Part shown: positions 10,822 through 21,208 of the stretch, piece by piece
Layout: every line of letters begins with the position of its first letter
How positions within the stretch are numbered: the stretch's first letter is position 1
Origin: Trichosphaerium sp. ATCC 40318
Lineage: Eukaryota > Protista > Tubulinea
NCBI GenBank assembly: GCA_038496445.1
Contig: JALMLS010000532.1
Coordinates: 1-32,730 of the forward strand
Direction of reading: 5' to 3'
DNA length: 32,730 bases
Notes under the pieces: model-generated
Databases searched by the model: none
What the model saw: only the letters and a program-made list of their open reading frames with translations
Told to the model about the DNA's origin: nothing
Translations under genes and position numbers: made by a program

Positions 10822-11562
10822 TTAATCTAAATTGTAGAAGTATTCTTCAGGGATATAATCATCAACTTTTTCGTCAGATGAGTAAACCATTTCATAATCA
10901 GATGAGTCAGGCACGTTATTGAAACCGTTGTTGAAATCGACGTGGATAGTACCATCCGCATTAGTTGTGACCATCGGTTGTTCTTGAGGGTCGCTGTTGT
11001 CGGTGGTATTTAAGCAAGATTCAAAACGCGGCATCTTAAGTGTAGGAACAGGAGAAGGCGCATTTCTGTTTACTGGACACTTAATACTTGTTAGCGACTC
11101 ATTATCTCCAAAATCGACGTCTGGATCGACGTCCATTGAAACATCATCACCATAACGTAACGCAGTATGATCTATCATGTCATGGCTGATTGGCGAAGTA
11201 CATCCACTATAATTTGGCGAAGTTGGGTGATACGAAGGCGAACTCTCTTGAAAATACGGTCTCGGAGCTTTGAGAAGGCCCAGCAGATAAGTACGGCGTG
11301 CGATCGAAGATTGGCGCGTTTGGAGCGCTTGAGCGATAACAATCATGCGTGGTACCGTCGTACAAAAAGCTACGATGGTTTCGGCTTCACAACGTCTTAA
11401 AGCGAGGTCTTGGACCATTTGCGCAAGAAGCTCGTGTATAGCTTTCATTGCGTTGGCGCTGAAACTTCCAGGTGTAAGGTCAATGGCCGGAATGGGTAAG
11501 GACGAATCGTTTGAAAGATCATCAGTGATCGTAGATACTTCAGTTCTCCAGAGGTGCTCCAT
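10822..11562 (-). CDS. Accessory ORF (246 aa) of the retrotransposon, in the env position, function unknown
   Basis: Intact intronless ORF between pol and the PPT. Helical N-terminal half, SSPSYHPTSPNYSGCTSP motif, acidic tail. No signal peptide or transmembrane segment seen. Confidence 0.8.
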   Translation of the reverse strand: MEHLWRTEVSTITDDLSNDSSLPIPAIDLTPGSFSANAMKAIHELLAQMVQDLALRRCEAETIVAFCTTVPRMIVIAQALQTRQSSIARRTYLLGLLKAPRPYFQESSPSYHPTSPNYSGCTSPISHDMIDHTALRYGDDVSMDVDPDVDFGDNESLTSIKCPVNRNAPSPVPTLKMPRFESCLNTTDNSDPQEQPMVTTNADGTIHVDFNNGFNNVPDSSDYEMVYSSDEKVDDYIPEEYFYNLD

Positions 11563-11710
11563 GTTGCTTGTATTTCTAATTAAATTATATTCTTTCTCTC
11601 GTTGTTGTGTTCAGTGATTTGTTATTGCGTCATGTGTGTTAAATGTCAATTGTATGTATTTGTCTGTTTTTAATCAGACTGTTGTAGGCTTTGATTTGTT
11701 CAGGGCTTTC

Positions 11711-14700
11711 TTATTTTGCTGAAAGCTCCATCCTAATTTTCATTTGGGAAGTGTTCTTATCTTGCGCCCATCTTTTAGCAATAGTGATAAGAGCTTGTTT
11801 GCTGTTTGCCGTTCTAACTTCTTTTCGGAGTTTCTTTCTTTGGTTAGTATTTGCAATGTACCCTTCAATAATTGAATACATTGGTGGCTTGTAGTTAGTT
11901 GGTTCGTTCGTTTTAGTGCCTTCCATTTTGGTAAGTAACCGTTGTAGTTCTATTTGAAATGTATCTGCTACATTCGCTGTTCCTGCGGTTCTAGGTGACC
12001 TACGAATTCGTCGTGGTGGAGTAATTGGTACTTCTGGTGTGAAATAATCTTCTGTGTTATTATCGTTCAGTTCTATTGTCCCTTGTGATATGTTCTTTTT
12101 TTCGCGCGAAACTTCATCCGAATTTTTAACAGATATAACCGGAGCGTTTTGTAATTTATATCTTCGCCAATTTTCATCCTCTTCTTCACTGATATCATCT
12201 TCGCTACTTACTTTGGAGCTTGTTTCGCTGTTTGAGATGCTAATTTCTCCACTAACACTCTCGCTTTGACTTAATTCTCCACTGCTGTTTGTAGCGTCAT
12301 TTTCTCCGTTATCAAGGTTGACGTCAATATCGTCTACACCTCTTGGTAATGGTGGCGCTTTTGTCGTTTGTTGTTGCCCAGTATTTCTAAATTCAATATC
12401 ATAATCATCATCATCTGAGTCTGATTCTTCTGAATTCTTTGGTAGCGGCTTTGTAATAGGTCTATTTAATGTTGTACTGACTTCAAACGGTGGGTACATA
12501 GTACTTTGTTCTATGTTTCTGTCTTCTCGTTCATTATATTTTTTTAAGAATTTTATGCTAACTACATTGTGCATCCGACTCTGGCTTTTGAAGTTAAGCT
12601 TGTATGCATTCGTGTTAATACGTTTTAACACCACATATGGGCCTTTCCATCGGTGTTGTAATTTCTTCGTTAGGCCCGGTGTGGGGTTGTACTGCCACAT
12701 CAGAACTTTGTCACCAACATTGAATACTGTTGTATTTGTATGTGAATCGTGATTCACTTTTGCTTTCTCTGCTGCTTCTAGCATTTTAGTTCTTGCTAAT
12801 TGATGTGATTTTTGTAGGGCCTCAACCATTCGTGATCTGTATAACTTTAACGTTGTTGGTTGTTCATGTATTACATTTAAATCCAGCGGTCTTCTTGGAT
12901 GTCGTCCAAACATTAAAAAGAATGGTGTTTCTCCTGTCGCTACATGATGTGTGGTACGATATGCCTGTAAGCATTGTGGTAAGTATTCATCCCAGTCTGT
13001 TTGAAACTCTTGATCACAGAATATGCCTAACATTTCTGCAAGAGTATGATTAAATCGCTCAACTTGTCCATCGGTTTGAGGATGGTATGAGCTTGTGGAA
13101 AGCTTGCGAATCTTGAACAGTTTTAATAAATCCGTCATTAATTCACTTAAGAATTGTGACCCTCGATCTGTAAGTAACTGTTCCGGATAGCCGAATCTTG
13201 CAATGACTCGATCAAATAGTAATTTTGCAATTACTTCTGTTGTTGGGTTATAACACGCAAATGCTTCAACCCATTTCGTGAAGTAATCACAGAAAACAAC
13301 TATACTGTTATTTCCCAATCTTGTTGTTTTCATTGGTCCGACAATATCAATTGCAAGTCGTTGCCAAGGAAAACTGGCAATCATTGGCATTAATTTACCT
13401 TGTTGTTTTCCTCGCTTGATCTTTTTCGTTTGGCAAAGTTTGCAACTGTCAATATACTTCTTAATTTGACTGTAAAATCCTGGCCAATAATAGTTGGACC
13501 TAATTGAATTAAAGGTTTTGAAGAATCCTAGATGACCATTGTTGTCGTGATGGCTCATCAGTACTTCTGATATTAATGATTTCGGTATCACAATCTGTGA
13601 TACTTCTGCTTTGACTTTTGGTACTGTTGGTAACCATATGTGGTTGAGAATTCCATCATCGTTTATCCACATGAATCTTGATAGTGCAGCTACATTACGT
13701 GCTGTTGTTTGGTCTTTAGGTAATGTTTTGGTTTTGAGATATGTTGTGATATCTCTACAAAACTGGTCATGGCTTTGACACACTTTGAGTCTTTCGATGC
13801 TGAATCCAGTTTGTTCTTCATTTGTTGTATCTTTGATGAATGGTGGACGCGATAATGCGTCAGCGTTGCCATGTAACTTTTCCGCCCGTTGTTCGATTGT
13901 GAAATCGTATTCTTGAAGTGCAAAGATCCATCTTGCGTATTTTTGACACACGTGCTTAGTGGTTAACAGCCACTTTAGTGATTCGTGGTCTGTTATTATT
14001 CTTACTTTGTTGCTGGCAATATATGGTCTATATCGTTCAGCTGCTTTAATTACGGCTAAGCACTCTTTTGCTGTTGTTGAATAATTTCGTTCAGCTTTGT
14101 TCAAACTCTTACTGAAATAGGATATGACTGACTCAATGTCGTTCTTTCTTTGAGCTAGTACTGCACCTATGCCTACGTTTGAGGCGTCTGTGTACAGTAT
14201 GAATGGAAGTTCAAAATCCGGATATCCCAATATAGGGGCATTGCATAAGGCTTCTTTTAATTTGTTTATGCTATGATCTTGCTTTTGTGTCCATTTAAAC
14301 TGCATGTCTGATTTCAGCAATTCATATAGTGGATATGCGATTTCTGTATATTTGTCTACAAACGAGCGATAATAGTTTGAGATCCCCAAGAATGACCTTA
14401 GGTCTGGTACATTCGTAGGTGGTGTCATATTCACAATTGCCTCTATTTTTGTTTTATCAGGTTTAACGCCATGTTGAGTTACTACATGACCCAGATATTT
14501 AACTTCTGGTACACAAAATTTGCATTTCTTTGCGTTGAGTGAGTGCGAGTATTTGTCAAATCGTTTGAATACTAATGCTAGTGCAAGCAAGTGTTGGTTG
14601 AATGTCTTAGTGAATATGATGATGTCGTCAATATAAACTAATGCATACTTCCATGTCAACCCATTAAGAAGTACTTCCATATATCTCTGGAACGTGGCGG

Positions 14701-17122
14701 GTGCATTGACTAATCCAAAAGGCATCCTGTTAAATTCGAATAATCCAAATTTTGTAGTGAATGCTGTCTTTTGTTTATCTTGTTCTGCAACCTCTATATG
14801 CCAATACCCACTAGGTTGGTCTAATGTGGTAAAATACACGGCTCCTGCAACAGAGTCTAGTGCTTCCTCTACTCGTGGTATTGGGTAAGAATCTTTCTTA
14901 GTTAGACCATTTAATTTTCGGTAGTCCACACAGAAACGAAGTGTTCCGTCGCTTTTTGGGGCTATTACCACTGGAAATGCCCATGGTGAATTGCTTTCAC
15001 GTATTATTCCGTCTTCCAGCATGGTGTTGATCCGGTTCCATAGGTAGTCTGCTTCAGATGGTGATACTCGGTATGGTTGGTTTTTGACTGGACGTGCATC
15101 TCCTGTTACAATGTTGTGTGCTGGCATTTTGGACCTGGGGGGGCGCTTCGTGTTTTTAATAAACAGGTGACGGTATCTTGCGAGAAATGCCATTAGGAGC
15201 AGCTTTTGTTCGTCATTGATATTACTGTTCGAGAAGTCAAACATATCTCTGATCCCTTCAATATCACTGCTAAGTGTTTTCATGTCTTTTAAATCATCAA
15301 TTATTGACTTTGCTTCTTTGAGTTCTGTTGATCTGATAGCGTTAATTCTATTTGACTGCATCCAACTTCCAGTTGCAATCTTTAAACCCTTTGAAACTCC
15401 CATTGTCTCATTTGAGAAGTTCGCTACCTTAATACCAGTGTGTCCTCCGTGTACCATTACTATTGCCCGTTCGACTGCTGTTCCGTGTATATTACGGAAC
15501 CTTTTGTCTGGTTCGATCATCATTACTCCTGATGAGGTGAGCGAGTGTGTTCTGACTGGCACAAATGAGTATGATCTTGGTGGTAATTTTACTTCATGTG
15601 TAACAAATAGTGTTTGGTCTTGTTTGTTTGTTTGACCACGAATGCATGGCGAATTGATGTTTGGGTTGTTATTGAAGATCAGTTGATAATTGGGGGCATC
15701 AATCGTTATTTTCATGGATAGAATAGTATCCATACCAATGAGTGGTTTGTCAAAGTCATCTACTACGATAAATCTAATCCAACATGGTTTTGATAGTCCG
15801 ATTGTAACTTGAAACATTATCGTTCCCATTATTTTAAGTGGTTCATGTCCAGCTCCTTGCAATGTTGCTTTGGTTGGTTGCAATTTTGTGATCCCCATTT
15901 GTATAATATCCTTGTATGGGAATATGCTTCGTACTGCTCCTGAATCTACAATGGTTTCCATAGTGACTCTTCCTGTTTTGTTTGCAAAGGTGGCTAATGT
16001 GGATAGCACCGATGTTGCCTGACTATTTGCTGACTTGATCATATAAACTGGATAGTTACCATTTTCTTCTTCAAACTCATCATTGTAATCATCATATATA
16101 TTGGGTTCGTTGTCATAGTATTGATCCTCTCCCTCGTTTGTAATCATTCGTATGTATTGTCCTTGTTGTTGGTTACGGGATTGTTGTCCCTGAAATCGTT
16201 GGTTTGATCGGTTATTGTTATTATTGAATCTGCGGCGAAATCCATTGCCTCGTCTTGGTCGTTGTTGATAACGGTTATACTGGGGGTTATAACGAAATGG
16301 TCCTTGTTGTCTGTTGTTAAATTGTCTTCGTCTTTGTTGGTTAGGGCAATTGCGAGCTATGTGTCCGGTTCCATTGCAGTTATAACATCTGATGTTTGGA
16401 TTGTTCGGTTGTTGTACTACATTAATAGTGCTTGGTACCGGTGTCGGTGTTGGAGCTTGTACCGTGGCCTTTATAGTACTCATGACACTGACATGAAACA
16501 TAGCTACCTCAGCGGCCTCTTGGGCTGATGCTGGTCTTTGTAAAAGCACATATTGTGCCAATTCTGAGGGCATAAGCTTTAAGCAAAATGCATCTCTGAG
16601 TTGTGTTGGATCGTGAATGCGTGCTTCTCGTGCTGCAATATGGAATCGTCCGCTAAAACTACCAATATCCTCTCCCAACTGCATTTTTAATGATGCAAAC
16701 TCATGCTTTTTCAAAACTGCATTTGTTTTTCTGCCATAACGCTCTAACAGGTTTTTAACAATCTGGGTCCAAGCCATACTCGAGATGCTTGAACCGTCAG
16801 CAGGCTTGATACGGTCGAGTGCTTCACCAGTGATGTGGTTACGCAAAACAATTTCGTATTGGGTAATTTCCCAGTTACTGAAAGTACTTATGGACTTGAT
16901 CTTATCAAGCCAATCCTCAACGCTGATTTTGTCTACTAATCTGTCACCTGTGAAGGCGCGTAGAGAACCTTTAGGTATTGATGGGTATTTTGGTTGGACA
17001 TAAACAGGAAGTTCATTCGCTAAAATCGGATTTCCGTCCTCTCCTACTGCTGCAACGCGTGCTTTAAAAACCGGCTTATACACCTCGATGGCGTCGTTGA
17101 TATCCACTAACTGTTCTAACAT
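11711..17122 (-). CDS. gag-pol: Single-ORF Gag-Pol polyprotein (1803 aa)
   Basis: Zinc knuckle CYNCNGTGHIARNC, protease IVDSGA, RT (LRFCVDYRKLN, MPFGLVNAPATFQ, YIDD), RNase H (YTDAS), integrase (HHCC, IDIVGP, TDRGSQF, ERFN) and a GPY module. Confidence 0.97.
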   Translation of the reverse strand: MLEQLVDINDAIEVYKPVFKARVAAVGEDGNPILANELPVYVQPKYPSIPKGSLRAFTGDRLVDKISVEDWLDKIKSISTFSNWEITQYEIVLRNHITGEALDRIKPADGSSISSMAWTQIVKNLLERYGRKTNAVLKKHEFASLKMQLGEDIGSFSGRFHIAAREARIHDPTQLRDAFCLKLMPSELAQYVLLQRPASAQEAAEVAMFHVSVMSTIKATVQAPTPTPVPSTINVVQQPNNPNIRCYNCNGTGHIARNCPNQQRRRQFNNRQQGPFRYNPQYNRYQQRPRRGNGFRRRFNNNNNRSNQRFQGQQSRNQQQGQYIRMITNEGEDQYYDNEPNIYDDYNDEFEEENGNYPVYMIKSANSQATSVLSTLATFANKTGRVTMETIVDSGAVRSIFPYKDIIQMGITKLQPTKATLQGAGHEPLKIMGTIMFQVTIGLSKPCWIRFIVVDDFDKPLIGMDTILSMKITIDAPNYQLIFNNNPNINSPCIRGQTNKQDQTLFVTHEVKLPPRSYSFVPVRTHSLTSSGVMMIEPDKRFRNIHGTAVERAIVMVHGGHTGIKVANFSNETMGVSKGLKIATGSWMQSNRINAIRSTELKEAKSIIDDLKDMKTLSSDIEGIRDMFDFSNSNINDEQKLLLMAFLARYRHLFIKNTKRPPRSKMPAHNIVTGDARPVKNQPYRVSPSEADYLWNRINTMLEDGIIRESNSPWAFPVVIAPKSDGTLRFCVDYRKLNGLTKKDSYPIPRVEEALDSVAGAVYFTTLDQPSGYWHIEVAEQDKQKTAFTTKFGLFEFNRMPFGLVNAPATFQRYMEVLLNGLTWKYALVYIDDIIIFTKTFNQHLLALALVFKRFDKYSHSLNAKKCKFCVPEVKYLGHVVTQHGVKPDKTKIEAIVNMTPPTNVPDLRSFLGISNYYRSFVDKYTEIAYPLYELLKSDMQFKWTQKQDHSINKLKEALCNAPILGYPDFELPFILYTDASNVGIGAVLAQRKNDIESVISYFSKSLNKAERNYSTTAKECLAVIKAAERYRPYIASNKVRIITDHESLKWLLTTKHVCQKYARWIFALQEYDFTIEQRAEKLHGNADALSRPPFIKDTTNEEQTGFSIERLKVCQSHDQFCRDITTYLKTKTLPKDQTTARNVAALSRFMWINDDGILNHIWLPTVPKVKAEVSQIVIPKSLISEVLMSHHDNNGHLGFFKTFNSIRSNYYWPGFYSQIKKYIDSCKLCQTKKIKRGKQQGKLMPMIASFPWQRLAIDIVGPMKTTRLGNNSIVVFCDYFTKWVEAFACYNPTTEVIAKLLFDRVIARFGYPEQLLTDRGSQFLSELMTDLLKLFKIRKLSTSSYHPQTDGQVERFNHTLAEMLGIFCDQEFQTDWDEYLPQCLQAYRTTHHVATGETPFFLMFGRHPRRPLDLNVIHEQPTTLKLYRSRMVEALQKSHQLARTKMLEAAEKAKVNHDSHTNTTVFNVGDKVLMWQYNPTPGLTKKLQHRWKGPYVVLKRINTNAYKLNFKSQSRMHNVVSIKFLKKYNEREDRNIEQSTMYPPFEVSTTLNRPITKPLPKNSEESDSDDDDYDIEFRNTGQQQTTKAPPLPRGVDDIDVNLDNGENDATNSSGELSQSESVSGEISISNSETSSKVSSEDDISEEEDENWRRYKLQNAPVISVKNSDEVSREKKNISQGTIELNDNNTEDYFTPEVPITPPRRIRRSPRTAGTANVADTFQIELQRLLTKMEGTKTNEPTNYKPPMYSIIEGYIANTNQRKKLRKEVRTANSKQALITIAKRWAQDKNTSQMKIRMELSAK

Positions 17123-17220
17123 ACTAATTCTCGACTAGACTTCTTCGGCACAGAAAACGGCTGTGATCACTTAACTATATTGGACGTGCTTAATTGATAA
17201 AAGTAAGCAGGTAAAAATCT

Positions 17221-17233
17221 GACAGTGTCGCCA
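17221..17233 (-). other. Primer-binding site TGGCGACACTGTC
   Basis: Starts 2 nt inside the 5' LTR boundary and is complementary to a tRNA 3' end ...CAGTGTCG-CCA. A G discriminator is compatible with tRNA-Ser (inference). Confidence 0.8.
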
Positions 17234-17235
17234 AA

Positions 17236-17391
17236 TGTTATGATGCAGATTTATTATCAAAACGTGTTTATTAAGAATTACGACAATTACAAAAGTTACA
17301 AAGCGAGAAATAATATTGTGGTATTTGATTCAGTGAAAGAGAAAAGGGACTTCGCTGAAGATATGAATCTTAAGTTAGGTACAACTTAACA
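17236..17391 (-). repeat. 5' LTR (156 bp)
   Basis: 155/156 identical to 10650-10805. Confidence 0.97.
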
Positions 17392-17442
17392 TGTTGCACG
17401 TTTAAGGTTGACTTAAATGGAACTAAGAAATCTCGTATCAAG

Positions 17443-18932
17443 ATGAAGTCCGCACGTGATAAAAAGACGAGCAGTAATGTAAAGGGCTGGTGGATTGTTA
17501 TTTTCACTATTATAGCCACTGTCGTTATTCTATACTCTTTTCCACTTAATAGCTCTGATCCGACAGTTATATCGAACAAAGCCGCAAGCAATAGACCCCA
17601 CACGCGTAATTTAACGTCTTTTAGACAATTAAATCGAATACTTACGTAGAAGAAGATAATAATGACGTTGTCACATCGCCACTGTGGTACAAAGGAACAG
17701 AAGTGGTTGTGGTACGTTTTTCTTTCTCTGTACTTTGTTTAAATTGTAGCAACGTGTCAAATCATTGTTTAGGCTAAAACTAACCCACCGATACTATATG
17801 CTATACCTAGTAGCCAGTCACAGTGTATCAACTCAATTGGTAGAGCTGTAAAGTAAGACGATGAATGAGAAATTTGATTGATATTAATTTTTTTTAGGAA
17901 AACTGGTATTTTTGCGCCTTTTGAGGCTTTGATTATGTACCATGTATTAGTGCGTACACTAATTACTTAATTATTAAGCCTACTTAACAGATTTAGAAAG
18001 ATAAATGTAAAAATGACCCGAATACAATCGTGTATGATGTTGGATCTAATATTGGATTTTTTTCTATTTTAGCAGGTTTGATCTAATAGTCGATTTTTTT
18101 TGAAATAGTTGTTTTGATTGTTTTCTTACACTTGCCAAGCTAAACTAGGTTGCAAAGTTTACGCTTTTGATCCATCTGATTGGCATATACAACATGTGAA
18201 ATTAAGCCGAGCTTTGAATAAAATACCTGCTGGCCAGCTTCAAGTTTTTAAGCGCGCTATTGGTGACAAGGAGAGATCTGTTAATTTTAACTTTGAGTGC
18301 AAACACACAGGTAGGCATATGAAGTACTACAATATTGTATCTCACTGTGATGATTATAGGTTCGTCAAAATTAACTGATGAAAAATCAGACACTTCAGAG
18401 TCAGTACAACAGATAACACTAGACGGGTACAAAAGATTTAATATTTACAAAAAAGGCTTAAATCCAAGAATAGATTCCGAAAAGACTATGGTATACCCTA
18501 TTATTTAAAAATAGATGTTGAGGGTGTTGAGCACCTTGTTTTCGAGGGTTCTCAGAGATTGATGGATGAAGGAATTGACACCATAGTATGCGAGGTAAAG
18601 GAGTTTGGAAAAAAAAAAGTTTAGTTTATTAACATTCTCACTGTGTTTAGTTTAAGTTCGGCATTGCACATGATAAAAAGTTTAAGGTTATTAAAGACTT
18701 TTTGGACAAGGGTTATAAAGTTTTCACTTATGCTGAGGCGTACGTAAAATGAAACATAAAAAAAAAATATGTATCAACTCGTTCTTATTTTTTTCGTAGT
18801 TATGACAAACCTCTTGAGTCTTGGGACTTGTCAAGTGTAAAAAGTCGAGTAGTAGATGATGTTAGTAAAACTCAAATGTGGGAGGATATTGTAATTACGA
18901 AAAACCCGATTATAATTAATGCATGGAGTTGA
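17443..18932 (+). CDS. Type II membrane FkbM-family SAM-dependent methyltransferase, multi-exon
   Basis: N-terminal transmembrane segment GWWIVIFTIIATVVILYSF. Motifs VYDVGSNIGFFSILA, KVYAFDP and LKIDVEGVEHLVFEG. Ends ...IIINAWS*. Confidence 0.88.
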
Positions 18933-19259
18933 GAGCGTTTTGAAATAAAACAATTTTTGAGCAAAACAAGATGTGGACTTAGAAGTTTCTGTATATAAAG
19001 TCACAGCATGTAACAGCAATCAATCCTGATACAATAATGTCGGTAACTAATGTTGTGTTTGAACGTTGGGTTTGGGATTGAGTGGTAGAGTAATGTCTTA
19101 TTTGTTGGTGTTCTGCTTTAAATACTATTATAAGGAAAAGCTATTTCAACATGTCTAGAAAAAAACACAAACTCTGGTCAGCCTAATGCGTAATAGGTGA
19201 TGGGTTTCTACAATCAAAAACCAATGTTGAGCTCCATAGCGGAGAGCTCTACTTCTATC

Positions 19260-20650
19260 TTTATTCAAATTTCGCCTTGCTTCCAGCCATTGATTTTTTT
19301 TGGTCTACGAAGTCCAGATGTGCACTAAATTTTTTTTGTTGTTCGTTTTGCTTGAAAAGAACGGTTATGTCCCGTTCAGCGTTCACTTGAACCAGATCTT
19401 CCAGTTCAATCTAGGTGGAGTACAACTGCTCCTTCAGCACTCCAGTGCGAAACAGAGCTATTCTGCCGATATCGCACATTGTTGTAAAATCAGAGATAAG
19501 GAACCCACCCTTATCGATGAGGTTTGGTGTATTAGCCATACACATGACTGCCCCAGGAAAAATTCTACCATTTATCTTTTCTGGCACTCTTTCAGAACCT
19601 CGACATGTTTTGTTTCCTAGCTCTTTTGTAGTTCGGACTTCCTCGTGGTATACCTGCGCCATGTACTTCTCCGGCTTTACGTATTCTGGAGCCACTGTTT
19701 TTCTTTATCGGTATTTGCTCCTAACAGTTTAAGCATAAAACGAGAAGGTAGCAGTACTCGCAGAATGAACTCTTTCCCTTGCTTAAAAAGAAGGGTTGAT
19801 GATGCTCAGCATGCATCTGAATAAAGTCTTTAAGTTTGATCTGGTCATGTAAGTTTTCTTCGGTTACACCAGTACTAAACAAAGCAATTCTGCCAATATT
19901 GAACATAGTGTCCAAATCAGCAACCCAGAAACCTTGCTTTTTTACCAGATTTGATACTTTAGATAGAGCAATAGCTTGCTCCAAAAAACACTCGGCGTTG
20001 TATCTATTTGTGCACTCGTGGAAAACAGCTTCTATTCGAGCAAACCTGCAAAACAAATAAATTAAATACATGACGAAACTGCTTCTTAAACAAGTCATCT
20101 CTTTTAGCGGAGGCTAATTACAACATCATTTTCATGTACTTGTGAATGCCCACATATGCTACCCCGTTGTTGTTGTTCATGTAGTAGGCCAAGAACTATT
20201 AAACAGTCTTCTCTACAAAACAGACTTGTAAAAAGGCACAAACAGATGCGGTGCCATTATATTGTATACATTACTCTCTGTTGACAAAGTATTATGAAGC
20301 ATAGATGCTACAGCGTAAGTATACAGCGATTTGTGTTATGCACGCTAAAACTCTCGTGCAACAGCTCAAATCTCATTGGTGCTTTTTTTAAGATAAATGT
20401 CTGAGAAAACACGTGGTTGTATTCAAGATAACATCACTCGGAGAAAAAGCGTACTCAGATTTCATGTTAACATGGTAGTGAGGGTAAGGTACCATATAAT
20501 GAGCCATGTTCACGAGTTTGACCGGATTACGACTAAACAAATAATCTCTTTTTTTAGTTTGTCATTACTCATAATCTACACCTTTTCCATGCCTTCTATT
20601 ACGTGATAAGGTGCTTGCATGTAACAAAAACATTGTGAAAAGTAACTACT
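19260..20650 (-). pseudogene. Degenerate paralog(s) of the F-box gene at 24705-25822, with two tandem copies of its C-terminal domain
   Basis: GFWVADLDTMFNIGRIALFSTGV (19721-20098) and GFLISDFTTMCDIGRIALFRTGV (19411-19695) match GFLISDFATMFEIGRIALFRTGV. Stops and frameshifts are present. Boundaries are approximate. Confidence 0.65.
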
Positions 20651-21208
20651 CGCAAGTAGTGATATGCTTTCACCAATAATGGGATTAATCCGAGATATCT
20701 TCGATTTTTTTAAACTTTCACTTGCACGTATCGTGAATATTTGCGTGTTGAAGTACTGCACGTGTAGCATGCGAAGTGACAGATTAGTCTGTTATTGATT
20801 ATGAATAATTTAAAAAGCTGCAAACGATGTTGTCTTTGTAAACGCGCACAAACGACAGGAAGCGCACGATATTCGGCTTTTGCCGCCCAGCGGAAACGGT
20901 TAAGTGCATGTTGGGATCGTTGTCTTCGCATACGGAGAAATCAGTTATGATTTAGCATGGCGTAGCGCATACAGAATCGGTTCTAACGGCTGTGCCGCTT
21001 CGTCACTAAAGGAAAATGTGCGTGATCATCGTAGAAATGGAGAAACCGGTTCGTTTCTGCTTTTCTTTGCTCGATTTCTCAGAACATCCTCTTCAATTTC
21101 CTGTGTAGATTGCGCAAGTAATATAGTAACAGTCTTCAGTACCTTATTGCAGCAAAGACAATAAATATAGCGTTGAAACAGATTTTCTCGTTTAGAACCA
21201 CGCTTGCT

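Larger units (their letters stand above)
10650..17391 (-). mobile_element. Full-length Ty3/gypsy (Metaviridae) LTR retrotransposon
   Basis: Two 156-bp TG...CA LTRs, a 5-bp target-site duplication TGTTG (10645-10649 and 17392-17396), PBS, PPT, and PR-RT-RH-IN domain order. Confidence 0.97.

Noticed and set aside
10822-11562. env gene
   Set aside because: No signal peptide, furin site, fusion peptide or transmembrane anchor.
10588-17003. Plus-strand ORFs over the LTR and antisense to gag-pol
   Set aside because: Shadow ORFs of the real coding strand, with no motifs.
20800-21200. Ankyrin-like fragment MHLTVSAGRQKPNIVRFL on the minus strand
   Set aside because: Single weak motif among many stops; insufficient support.
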